DNA from: an uncultured Candidatus Peribacteria bacterium
GTDB taxonomy: Bacteria > Patescibacteriota > Gracilibacteria > CAIRYL01 > GCA-016699755
Direction: 5' to 3'
NCBI GenBank assembly: GCA_964558715.1
Contig: CAZLFD010000004.1
Location: 1,257-65,256, forward strand
DNA: 64,000 bases
How positions within the stretch are numbered: position 1 is the first letter of the stretch; the number at the start of each line of letters is the position of its first letter. The position numbers were made by a program, and so were the translations under genes. Positions 36,980 through 45,869 of this stretch are shown one piece after another. Below the pieces are notes generated by a model that saw only the letters and a list, made by a program, of their open reading frames with translations, searched no databases and was not told where the DNA came from.

Positions 36980-37567
36980 TCAAGAGCTTAAGAACTCTTC
37001 GGTAACCTTTTCGAGTTTATTGGCCAGAATAAGGTTGTTCTCGTTTTTGAGGAGGTCAATGGCGAATTTGTCGTTGCACTCGAGGCGGTAGACAAAATCC
37101 TCTCTCGAAAAGACGGAATAATGAATCTCTTGCTTGAGTTCACTCGCGAGTTCCCGAGAAAGATAGTCGGATAACTTATTCTTGTCAAGGTTTCCTACTG
37201 CTACAAGATCGACTTTACTCGATAAATTTACAAATGTGCCAGTAAGCACCAAAAGATCAAGTTTTCCCATCCGTTGGATTTTCTTCAAGACTTTAAGGCT
37301 CACACTTTCCGATTTTTGGAAGATAGAGCGTAATTCAGTCAAGACGGGAAACTTAGGGTTGATTCTGTAGTATTTTTTTCGTTCGCGAGTCTTACTTGTT
37401 AACAAGCCGATTTTTTCGAGATTCTCTAATTCACGGCGGATGGAGTTGATCTGTTCATCGAGGTCACGGGTCAACTCGCGGACAAAATATTCTTTCCCCT
37501 CAGAAGAAAGTAAATAGATGCGTAAGAGTTTTACGCGAGTGGTGGAAGAAAAGAGTGCCTTTAGCAT
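36980..37567 (-). CDS. Winged-helix (ArsR-like) transcriptional regulator with C-terminal domain of unknown function
   Basis: '[47 protein letters not shown]'. Confidence 0.55.
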   Translation of the reverse strand: MLKALFSSTTRVKLLRIYLLSSEGKEYFVRELTRDLDEQINSIRRELENLEKIGLLTSKTRERKKYYRINPKFPVLTELRSIFQKSESVSLKVLKKIQRMGKLDLLVLTGTFVNLSSKVDLVAVGNLDKNKLSDYLSRELASELKQEIHYSVFSREDFVYRLECNDKFAIDLLKNENNLILANKLEKVTEEFLSS

Positions 37568-37798
37568 TCGAGAATCTGTGAAAAAAGCGTACTAAATATT
37601 TACTCATTTGCGGTTTTTGGTCAAGCTTTTTCTTTGAAAAAAGAGTTTTATCGTTTATATATAGCCAAAAAAAAGAATCACTTTTTTATCCAATCCTGAG
37701 AATCTTTTTATATATACTGTATAAATAATGTATTCATCTTTGATTCTTCTTTTCTTTCACAATCCGGTATACTAGTAAATACTAAAGTATGGAATATT

Positions 37799-38116
37799 AT
37801 GAACGAAACGAGGATCAATATTTGTTACGGTAAGCACTGTTGTCGCAGCGCTCCCTCTTTAGTGCGTGCTGCAACTGACAGAGTGCGTGCACTGCATCAT
37901 GCAGATGAGATTAAAATTGAGCAGTGTGGTTGTTTGGGCGAATGTCAAAAAGGGCCGAATATCCGAATTGAATCGAAAGGAGAAAGTGTCTTGCACCTTG
38001 GTATGACCTCGCACAAACTCACAAATAGAATCGATGAGCTTGCCGGTAAAAAGCCGATCATCATTCCCGGAAAAGCCAAGCAATCTGTTAACGACCTCTT
38101 GAAAGGTGGTTTCTGA
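37799..38116 (+). CDS. Thioredoxin-like [2Fe-2S] ferredoxin
   Basis: Cys pattern 'CYGKHCC ... CGCLGECQKGPN', characteristic of NuoE/thioredoxin-like 2Fe-2S ferredoxins. Confidence 0.6.
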   Translation: MNETRINICYGKHCCRSAPSLVRAATDRVRALHHADEIKIEQCGCLGECQKGPNIRIESKGESVLHLGMTSHKLTNRIDELAGKKPIIIPGKAKQSVNDLLKGGF

Positions 38117-38123
38117 TCTCAAT

Positions 38124-38741
38124 ATGTTCTTTCGCCAAATCGCTGTAGGCCCGATGCAAAATTTCTCGTATCTGATAGGATGCGATAACACAAAGGATGC
38201 TGCTGTTATTGATTGCGGTTTTGAGCCAGAGATGATTTTGTGTGAAGCAGAGACTAATGGCTATAAAATCACTAAAATATTGCTGACACATGTGCACTAC
38301 GACCACTCTAGCGCTGCAGAAAGGTTGTCGGAATTGACCGGTGCACCGATTTTTATGAATCCGGAGAGTGTGTGGAAACGCGGAGAAAACCCTACACGTG
38401 GCTATTGGGTGATTCCACAAGTCTCGCAGCCGATCGGCGCCGGTGAATCAATTTCCATTGGAAAACTGCAAGGAGAAATTATCGCTTCGCCAGGGCATCA
38501 ACGCGACCATTTAATGTTTCTCTTCGACCCGTATCTACTCGCCGGGGATACACTTTTTATCGACGGCTGCGGTCGTACTGATTTACCCGATTCTGATCCC
38601 GAGGCGATGCAAGAGGCACTCAAAATCATAGCCACTAAACTCCCCGACCATCTCATCGTTTGCCCAGGGCACGATTACGGATCAGTACCGACGCGATCTT
38701 TAGGTGAAGAAAAGCTGAGTAATCCGAATCTGAGATTCTAG
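38124..38741 (+). CDS. MBL-fold metallo-hydrolase (glyoxalase II-like)
   Basis: 'LLTHVHYDH' (HxHxDH), 'SPGHQRDH', 'GDTLFIDGCGRTD', 'CPGHDY'. The ORF opens at 38106; ATG 38124 is preferred. Confidence 0.8.
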   Translation: MFFRQIAVGPMQNFSYLIGCDNTKDAAVIDCGFEPEMILCEAETNGYKITKILLTHVHYDHSSAAERLSELTGAPIFMNPESVWKRGENPTRGYWVIPQVSQPIGAGESISIGKLQGEIIASPGHQRDHLMFLFDPYLLAGDTLFIDGCGRTDLPDSDPEAMQEALKIIATKLPDHLIVCPGHDYGSVPTRSLGEEKLSNPNLRF

Positions 38742-38789
38742 CGGATTATTTTCACTCACATAACCAAACCGTAATAAAACTCGCACGCA

Positions 38790-39221
38790 TCATTGGCTTC
38801 GTGCTGTTCTAGGTTTGAAGAATTGGTCTTTAGGCAATCTTGTTCTGAGTTCTTCGATTATTCCTGAGACAATTGTTTGGAGCAAGGTTTCGTACTGTTG
38901 CTCCAGCATTTTTATGTTGAAATCCACCGAAAATATAATTTTATAGATGCATGCTTTGTTTCGAAAATCGATTTGTACATCCGTTTCAACTACCTCATGC
39001 GTAAAATCGGGGTTTGGTTGCATAGCTAAATCGGACTGAAGCTTCAAGGAGGCACTAAGAGCATCTTGTATTTTTAATCTCAACAGCTGTGAAAGCTGAT
39101 TTGTATGATCTGAAAAAGTCTCCCCATTCATCATATCGTGTTCCTGGAAGCCACTTATTTCTCCACAGATATTTGTGTGGTCACCAATTATCACCGAACG
39201 AAAGCCCACCTCGCAATTCAT
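38790..39221 (-). CDS. Hypothetical protein (orphan)
   Basis: 143-aa ORF with no recognisable motif. Confidence 0.4.
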   Translation of the reverse strand: MNCEVGFRSVIIGDHTNICGEISGFQEHDMMNGETFSDHTNQLSQLLRLKIQDALSASLKLQSDLAMQPNPDFTHEVVETDVQIDFRNKACIYKIIFSVDFNIKMLEQQYETLLQTIVSGIIEELRTRLPKDQFFKPRTARSQ

Positions 39222-39275
39222 AGCTCATCAAAAATTGTAATATATTTATAGTTTTAAATTGTAGTATTGTCAATC

Positions 39276-40883
39276 CTATTTCGCAAAATCTTTGGCAGAC
39301 TTCAAAAAGCCTGCAAAAAGCGGATGTGGGCGCTGTGGGCGACTGAGAAATTCGGGATGGAATTGTGAGCCAAGCATAAACGGATGATCGGTGATTTCAA
39401 CGATTTCTACCAGTCTTCCATCTGGCGAAAGACCAGAGAAAGTAAATCCGTTCTTTTCAAATTGTTTTTGGTATTCGGTATTGAACTCATAGCGATGACG
39501 ATGACGCTCTGAGATGCTTCCCTTTTGATAGCATTCGTGAGCAAGCGTACCTTTCTTGACTTTGCACGGCCATGCACCCAGGCGAAGCGTGCCACCTTTT
39601 TTGACGCTTTCTGACTGACCGGATAAAAAATGGATGATTTTTTGCTTGGCATGCGGTGAAAATTCTTCACTCGTGGCAGTTTTAATATCGAGCACGTTGC
39701 GGGCAAACTCGATCGCCATGATCTGTGAACCAAGACATAATCCTAAATACGGAACCTTGTTTTCACGAGCATATTTGGCAATAGTAATCTTCCCTTCTAT
39801 GCCGCGCGTGCCAAAGCCACCTGGCACAACAAATCCGGCAACAGATTCTACTTTTGCCCACTCCTTCTTCACACCCTTCTCGATTTTTTCGGTATCGATC
39901 CACACGATCTCTACTTTGCGGTCGACAGCGTATGCGGCGAACTTTGTCGATTCAATCACCGAGAGATAGGCATCTTCAAGGCCATTGTATTTTCCGGCCA
40001 TACCGATGCGAATCACCTTTTCCGCATTCTTGATCTTTGCGATCAGCTTTCTCCAATCCCCCATCTTGCTTTTTATCTTTGGTAGATGCAGCTCGCGTTC
40101 GAGTACGGCAGCAATATTTTGCTCCTCAAAAATCAGTGGTACTTCGTAAATACTCGAAACCGTTGGTGCAGCAATAACGGCATCTTCGCGCGTATTACAG
40201 AATTTAGCGATTTTAAATAGCAGCTCTTGTGGAATCTGTTGGTCGGCGCGGGCAATGATGATTTCGGGCTGAATACCGGCGCGGCGGATATCGCGTACCG
40301 ATAGCTGGGTGGGTTTGGTCTTCAGCTCTTTTGGCCCGGCGAGATAGGGCAAAAGCGTAAGGTGAACCGAGATCGCGTTCTCTTTTCCTTTCTCTTGGCG
40401 AATCTGGCGAATAGCCTCTAAAAACGGTTCGCCCTCGATATCGCCTACCGTGCCACCGATCTCAACTACCAGTATTTCTGCTTTATTCGCTACTGCGGCC
40501 GCATAAATGCGTGCTTTGATCTCATCGACGATATGCGGAACCACCTGAATCGTTCCGCCTAAAAAGTCGCCTTTGCGTTCGCGATCGAGTACTTCGCGAT
40601 AGACTTTACCGGTGGTCACCGTTGAAAACTTGGTGATGTTTTCGTCGATGAAACGCTCGTAATGGCCAAGGTCTAAATCTGTCTCGGCTCCATCATCTGT
40701 TACAAAAACCTCGCCGTGTTGAAACGGTGACATCGTGCCAGGGTCTACGTTTAAATAGGGATCGAGTTTTTGAATCGAAACCTTGAACCCAGCTGACTTG
40801 AGTATTTTGGCGATGGAGGCGGAGGCAATGCCCTTACCTAGGGAGCTACAAACGCCACCAGTAACAAATACGAACTTTGGCAC
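39276..40883 (-). CDS. pyrG: CTP synthase
   Basis: 'KFVFVTGGVCSSLGKG', 'GGTVGDIE', glutaminase 'GLCLGSQ', 'HRHRYEFN'. GTG start. Confidence 0.95.
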   Translation of the reverse strand: MPKFVFVTGGVCSSLGKGIASASIAKILKSAGFKVSIQKLDPYLNVDPGTMSPFQHGEVFVTDDGAETDLDLGHYERFIDENITKFSTVTTGKVYREVLDRERKGDFLGGTIQVVPHIVDEIKARIYAAAVANKAEILVVEIGGTVGDIEGEPFLEAIRQIRQEKGKENAISVHLTLLPYLAGPKELKTKPTQLSVRDIRRAGIQPEIIIARADQQIPQELLFKIAKFCNTREDAVIAAPTVSSIYEVPLIFEEQNIAAVLERELHLPKIKSKMGDWRKLIAKIKNAEKVIRIGMAGKYNGLEDAYLSVIESTKFAAYAVDRKVEIVWIDTEKIEKGVKKEWAKVESVAGFVVPGGFGTRGIEGKITIAKYARENKVPYLGLCLGSQIMAIEFARNVLDIKTATSEEFSPHAKQKIIHFLSGQSESVKKGGTLRLGAWPCKVKKGTLAHECYQKGSISERHRHRYEFNTEYQKQFEKNGFTFSGLSPDGRLVEIVEITDHPFMLGSQFHPEFLSRPQRPHPLFAGFLKSAKDFAK

Positions 40884-40972
40884 AAGCAGAGCCTACAGCA
40901 AAACAAAGGTCAGCGCAAAACAATTTGTATCGCGTTTTTTCTGCTTAGAATTTCTGGCATACTCAAGGCAAA

Positions 40973-41842
40973 ATGAATCTTTGGCAATCACAACAATGGC
41001 AACAGCTCCAATCCTCACTTGGGCATCGTGTGTTCCGTGCTGAGGGAATTCTGGTACTCGAAAAGAAGCTACCGGGAAATCTCTGTTATTTTGAGATTCA
41101 GCGCGCCTCCCCTACTCCGAATACCTGGAACAAGATCAAGGCGGAAGCGAAAAAACGCAAAGCAATTTTTTGTCGCATTTCTCCTGAGAGAGGCTCTCTT
41201 CCTCCAGATATCAAACAGGCACTTCCCTCCCCTGAAGAGCATTTTCCTCCGGCATCACGGATAATCGAACTCGCGCCAACGGAAGATGCAATCCGAGCTC
41301 GTTTTTCACAAACCGGCCGACGACATTTGCGCGCTGCGGAAAAAGCGGAACACACTATATCTCTTTCCAGCGATGTTAGCAGGTATGCGGAGCTGGCAAA
41401 AATCACTGCCAAGCGCGACGGATTTGGTGTGCATGGTGCGGCATATTTTCAGATGGTGCTAGATACTTTTGCTGACAACGGCTTTCTTTTGGTGATTAAA
41501 AAAGATGGTGAATGGCTGGCCGCAGGAATCTTTCTGATTTGCAATGGAACCTGCACCTACTATTACGGCGCGAGTGGCAATGCAAATCGTGAGTTGCAAC
41601 CGGCGACACTATTGCAGTGGGAAGCGATGAAAATCGCCAAGGCGCGGGGTTGTACTACATTCGATCTATTCGGCATTGCGCCGGAAAATCAACCGCAGCA
41701 TCGATTAGCAGGAGTATCGCGCTTCAAACATAAATTTGGCGGAGAAGTCATCGAGTACTATCCAGAATCGATTATTGTGTTTCGACCACTGGCTTATCGA
41801 TTACTACGCATAGCAAAACGGATTCGCTCTTTCTTGCGCTGA
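40973..41842 (+). CDS. FemAB-family peptidyltransferase-like protein
   Basis: 'YYYGASGNANRELQPATLLQWEAMKIAKARGCTTFDLFGI', 'GVSRFKHKFGG'. Shorter than classic FemX. Confidence 0.65.
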   Translation: MNLWQSQQWQQLQSSLGHRVFRAEGILVLEKKLPGNLCYFEIQRASPTPNTWNKIKAEAKKRKAIFCRISPERGSLPPDIKQALPSPEEHFPPASRIIELAPTEDAIRARFSQTGRRHLRAAEKAEHTISLSSDVSRYAELAKITAKRDGFGVHGAAYFQMVLDTFADNGFLLVIKKDGEWLAAGIFLICNGTCTYYYGASGNANRELQPATLLQWEAMKIAKARGCTTFDLFGIAPENQPQHRLAGVSRFKHKFGGEVIEYYPESIIVFRPLAYRLLRIAKRIRSFLR

Positions 41843-43083
41843 TGCGACCACACAAAATACCTGTCGACATTGCCGATATTTTTTTGGCTTGTACGCTAGA
41901 AGGGGTAGTCTTTTGGCGCGCAGGAGATGTGTGGTGTTTTGCAGCAAATCCGAAACGGCGAATAACAGGTTCTGAATGGGAGGTGCAGGAAGCAATTGAC
42001 GAATTGACCTCACTACAGAAAAAACCGATTTCAGATTTGCCACTTGCACTGCCTTTTGGTTTTGGCTTTTTTTCGTACGACTTTGGCCGAGAATCTCTTG
42101 GAGTAAGGGGCAGAAAGGATTACAAAACTCCTCTGTTGCAATGGAATCTGTACGACTCGCTCGCCTGGGGTGAGCTCGGCAGTGGTGTCAGCTATTGTAT
42201 CGGCGATGCAGAAATATTTACGGTGTCAAACCATACCCAAAAAGAGCGCTATTCACTCTCTTCGTTTTCTTCATTGCACGATAAGTCGCTTTGGCAAGAA
42301 GGTTTCACTCAGGTGCAAAAAGATATTCATGCCGGAGAGATATATCAGCTTAATCTCGGCCGCCAATTTTCCGCGGATTTTTCCGGCAATCCAAGACAAG
42401 TGTTTCTCGATCTTTTTGCAAGCAATCCGGCAAAATATGCCGTATTTTTACAGGGAGACAGTTTCGAAATACTTTCGATGAGCCCAGAGCTGTTTCTCTG
42501 CTTTCAGGATAATTCGGTCACTACCGAGCCGATCAAAGGCACGCGTAAGCGTGGAAAAGATACTGAAGAAGACGAAGCAAATAAAATCGCTCTACTGGCT
42601 TCAGAAAAAGAGTCTGCCGAATTACTGATGATTACCGATCTGCTGCGTAATGACCTGTCGCAAACTTGTCTTGCTGGAACCATTATCGTCGAAGAAGTGC
42701 GTGCCCTGCAGCAGAATCCGACTGTGTGGCACACATATTCTCGCATCCGCGGAGAACGAAAACCGCAGAGTTCTATCGCAGATACGCTTTTCTCTTGCCT
42801 ACCCGGAGGATCGGTTTCGGGCTGCCCAAAAAAGCGCGCCTGTGAAATTATCGAACACGTCGAGCCACATGCACGCGGTATTTTTTGCGGCTCGATAGGC
42901 TACTTGGATGCTGCTGGAAATGGTGAATTCTCGATTTTGATTCGTACGCTGCTGCGGCACCAAGAACAGCTTTATTTTCAGGCAGCTGGGGGTATTACGG
43001 CGTATTCCGAAGCAGAGCGCGAAGCAGAAGAACTGAATGAGAAGTGTGCGGCGTTTTTTCGATTAAGAGAGATGATCTTTTGA
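41842..43083 (+). CDS. pabB: Aminodeoxychorismate synthase component I (chorismate-binding enzyme)
   Basis: 'GEIYQLNLGRQFS', 'SPELFL', 'TEPIKGTRKRG', 'PGGSVSGCPKKRACEIIEHVEPHARGIFCGSIGY', 'AGGGITAYSEAEREAEE'. TGATG overlap with the previous gene. Confidence 0.8.
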   Translation: MRPHKIPVDIADIFLACTLEGVVFWRAGDVWCFAANPKRRITGSEWEVQEAIDELTSLQKKPISDLPLALPFGFGFFSYDFGRESLGVRGRKDYKTPLLQWNLYDSLAWGELGSGVSYCIGDAEIFTVSNHTQKERYSLSSFSSLHDKSLWQEGFTQVQKDIHAGEIYQLNLGRQFSADFSGNPRQVFLDLFASNPAKYAVFLQGDSFEILSMSPELFLCFQDNSVTTEPIKGTRKRGKDTEEDEANKIALLASEKESAELLMITDLLRNDLSQTCLAGTIIVEEVRALQQNPTVWHTYSRIRGERKPQSSIADTLFSCLPGGSVSGCPKKRACEIIEHVEPHARGIFCGSIGYLDAAGNGEFSILIRTLLRHQEQLYFQAAGGITAYSEAEREAEELNEKCAAFFRLREMIF

Positions 43084-43205
43084 TAGCGAACCTGCTTAAT
43101 GATTCTACCCTTTACATTTCCCATCAGAAACACACCTTTTGCAGATAACAGAGGAATCCAGAAAACCCCATTAATCCCCATTATCAGGGCGAAGAAAACA
43201 CAATC

Positions 43206-44372
43206 TTAAACCTTCTTCGCTTTTCTAAGTACACCAAAGAGCTGCCACTTGGCGTTGAGAATCGCACCGAATGCCAAGACAAAGACGATAAATTTGATAA
43301 GCCATCCAATAATCGGCAGCAAGCTAAGTAAGAAAAGAAGAATGCTCCCGAGTACGAATGAACCTAATAAATGGCGGAAATCCGGTTTTTTTGTGCTCGG
43401 AAAGAAAAAGGCGCCCAGTGCGAGCCCGTCAATAATGCAGACGAAAATCAATGTCGCCAAATACGCAAACAGCAATATAAAGCCGATCGGCAACCCGACA
43501 AATGTCACCATCAGGATAATACTGAGGATAGGAATCAAGATGATACTGAGAATGCCAATACCAAAATTTACAAAGGGTTTTGTGCGCACCGAGTCAGAAA
43601 AATCTTTCCAGAAAGGCTGCAACAGATACATGAGTAACGCACCAATAAGCAGTGAGGAAAGCAGCATGACAAAGCTAAATCCGTCGAAGAGCTGCTTGGC
43701 ACGATGCTCGAATGAATGTGGTGAGCCAGTCATTTTGCTCTCGGTCGCATATATCTCGCCTCCGACCTTTTCTGGGGTTATGGTGCTTTTTCCTTTTGTC
43801 GAGAGATTCCCTTGAATAAAACCACCACCTTCGATTTTCACTTCACGAGCATTGATTTCGGCATTTCCTCCGATTTCGGCTTTAATATGCACACGATCGG
43901 CATTGATTATAATGTCTCCCTCAATCGGTCCGAGAACCTCAATCGTATTACCTGTCAGCCAGGCATCTCCCCCAACTACTCCCGTGCTACGGATAATAAT
44001 CATCTCACCTAGAGCGACGAGTTGGTCACCAATCGTGCTAGATATCTTTAATGTTTGGCCGGCAATGCGCACATCGTCTTCTATTGGGGCAAGTAAGTCG
44101 ACCGACTCCCCTGCGGCGACTAGGTCACCACCAATTGGCTGATTGATTTCGATGATTCGACCAACAGCATACAGATCGTCTGCGATATTAAAATCAATAT
44201 TCAAGAAATCTCCGGCCGCGTAATAATTCTCTTCGTTGGCAGTGCTGATTTGAACGGATTGATCGTCTCCGCTACGATATGATGCTTGCGTAGTTAAAGG
44301 AAAAGCGATGATTAAAAATAAGGCGAAAAATTTGGTTGCGGATGAAATCATCGAAAGCAAAAAAGTACACAA
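43206..44372 (-). CDS. Exported beta-helix-repeat (bactofilin-like) protein with C-terminal polytopic membrane domain
   Basis: Signal/TM at the N-terminus. ~170 aa of degenerate repeats ('PIGGDLVAAGESVDLLAPIEDDVRIAGQTLKISSTIGDQLVALGEMIII...GPIEGDIIINADRVHIKAEIGGNAEINAREVKIEGG'), then 4-5 predicted TM helices. Confidence 0.5.
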   Translation of the reverse strand: MCTFLLSMISSATKFFALFLIIAFPLTTQASYRSGDDQSVQISTANEENYYAAGDFLNIDFNIADDLYAVGRIIEINQPIGGDLVAAGESVDLLAPIEDDVRIAGQTLKISSTIGDQLVALGEMIIIRSTGVVGGDAWLTGNTIEVLGPIEGDIIINADRVHIKAEIGGNAEINAREVKIEGGGFIQGNLSTKGKSTITPEKVGGEIYATESKMTGSPHSFEHRAKQLFDGFSFVMLLSSLLIGALLMYLLQPFWKDFSDSVRTKPFVNFGIGILSIILIPILSIILMVTFVGLPIGFILLFAYLATLIFVCIIDGLALGAFFFPSTKKPDFRHLLGSFVLGSILLFLLSLLPIIGWLIKFIVFVLAFGAILNAKWQLFGVLRKAKKV

Positions 44373-44406
44373 ATTCTATGCTCTTGGTTGAAATCGTTCA
44401 AGTTAC

Positions 44407-44441
44407 AAAAAAAGAGTGTTGCGATTAGAACACTCTTTTTT
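44407..44441 (-). terminator. Strong bidirectional-type intrinsic terminator
   Basis: AAAAAAGAGTGTT-gcgattag-AACACTCTTTTTT (13-bp perfect inverted repeat including the A/T runs), about 24 nt downstream of the DsbA-like gene stop. Confidence 0.7.
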
Positions 44442-44464
44442 GATTATCAATAATTGAAGTCAGC

Positions 44465-45277
44465 TTATGAGTTTGCCAGCTCGTCTTCGATGATTTGCTC
44501 AAAAGCCTCATATGGAAATGCTCCCTTAATAAACCATCCGTTTACAAAGAAGCCAGGTGTACCACTGACACCATATTTGCTGCCATCAGCAATGTCTTGT
44601 TCGATTTCTTCATCAAATTTTCCGGAGTCGAGACAAGTCTGAAATTCACCGGCATCAAGATTTAGCTCTTCTGCCCAAGCGACAAAATTTTCTGGAATCA
44701 ACTCTGTTTGATTGGCAAAGAGAATATCGTGATACTCGAAGTAGGTTTCGTCATCACTTTGGTCACGCGCGCAGTTAGCAGCCACAGCAGCCGGAAAGGC
44801 ATTAGGGTGAAACGAGAGCGGGAAGTCGCGATAGACGTATTTAACTTTTCCCGTATCGATATAGTTTTCAATAAGCTGCGGATAGACCTGCTCGATGTGA
44901 CGACCACAGAATGGGCATTCGTAATCGCTGAATTCGACAATCGTGACAGGGGCATCTGCATCACCCTTCATAGGATCGTCGTCGACAGATATACCCTCTA
45001 CTCGCTGTGGCTTATTGGCTTCTTCTGCTTGTTGGCGAGCTTCTTCTTCTTGTTGAGCGACAAAGGCATTGATGCCTTCTTCGACCTTGGCATTAAACTC
45101 ATCACTGCTAAATTCTTCGGCAATGATTTCGCGCACGTCTTCTTCGGAAAGCCCACCAGTAGCCGTATTATTACAGGCAGAGAGCAGTACAATCGAAGCA
45201 AATGCTAAAGAAAGTGGTGCAAATTTCATGAGATATAAAACAAAGAAAAATATGTTTGCAGATGCGATTTTACGCAA
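44465..45277 (-). CDS. DsbA-family thiol:disulfide oxidoreductase lipoprotein
   Basis: Lipobox 'LLSAC', active site 'YECPFCGRH', 'GVSGTPGFFVNG' cis-Pro region. The Met at 45229 ('MKFAPLSLAF') is the likelier start. Confidence 0.8.
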   Translation of the reverse strand: MRKIASANIFFFVLYLMKFAPLSLAFASIVLLSACNNTATGGLSEEDVREIIAEEFSSDEFNAKVEEGINAFVAQQEEEARQQAEEANKPQRVEGISVDDDPMKGDADAPVTIVEFSDYECPFCGRHIEQVYPQLIENYIDTGKVKYVYRDFPLSFHPNAFPAAVAANCARDQSDDETYFEYHDILFANQTELIPENFVAWAEELNLDAGEFQTCLDSGKFDEEIEQDIADGSKYGVSGTPGFFVNGWFIKGAFPYEAFEQIIEDELANS

Positions 45278-45869
45278 AATTTTCAGAAAAGAAAAGCTGA
45301 CTTTCTGAAATGACTATATTCATTTTTCGATCATGCGCTTCGGTCGGAACCCTTGCGATGATTTGCCAATCAAACACGATTGCTGCAAGCGATTGTTCGT
45401 AGGACTGTAAAAAAGTGTCGTAATAGCCCTGCCCAAAGCCTAGGCGGTTTCCTTGTGTATCCACTGCTAAGGCTGGTACAAGAACAAGATCGATCTGCTT
45501 CAAATCGATAGCAGGTCGATCAGATGGCGGTTCGAAGATACCGCATTTATTTCGCACTAATTTATCGGAATCCAGTGTAAAAACCGCTTCCAATGATCTC
45601 TTAAATATCATTCGCGGCAGGGCAAAACGTTTTTTGGGAAACATCTTGATCAACGGAAAAATATCTACTTCACCAGGGAGGGGCGCATAGATGAGAATCG
45701 CTTCGGCATTCTGAAAAACTGGCCAATCGATAATATTCTGGATAATCCGTTGAGATCGTGTTTCGGCTTCGGATGTGGAAAATGCAGCGCGTTGCGCTTT
45801 CATCTGCATGCGCAACTGCCTCTTGGTCTCAGGCGTTTTGCTTGGCACCGAATATCTCAGAAATAACAT
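45270..45869 (-). CDS. 5-formyltetrahydrofolate cyclo-ligase
   Basis: 'KRQLRMQMKAQR', 'YAPLPGEVD', 'LVPALAVDTQGNRLGFGQGYYD'. Confidence 0.8.
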   Translation of the reverse strand: MLFLRYSVPSKTPETKRQLRMQMKAQRAAFSTSEAETRSQRIIQNIIDWPVFQNAEAILIYAPLPGEVDIFPLIKMFPKKRFALPRMIFKRSLEAVFTLDSDKLVRNKCGIFEPPSDRPAIDLKQIDLVLVPALAVDTQGNRLGFGQGYYDTFLQSYEQSLAAIVFDWQIIARVPTEAHDRKMNIVISESQLFFSENFA

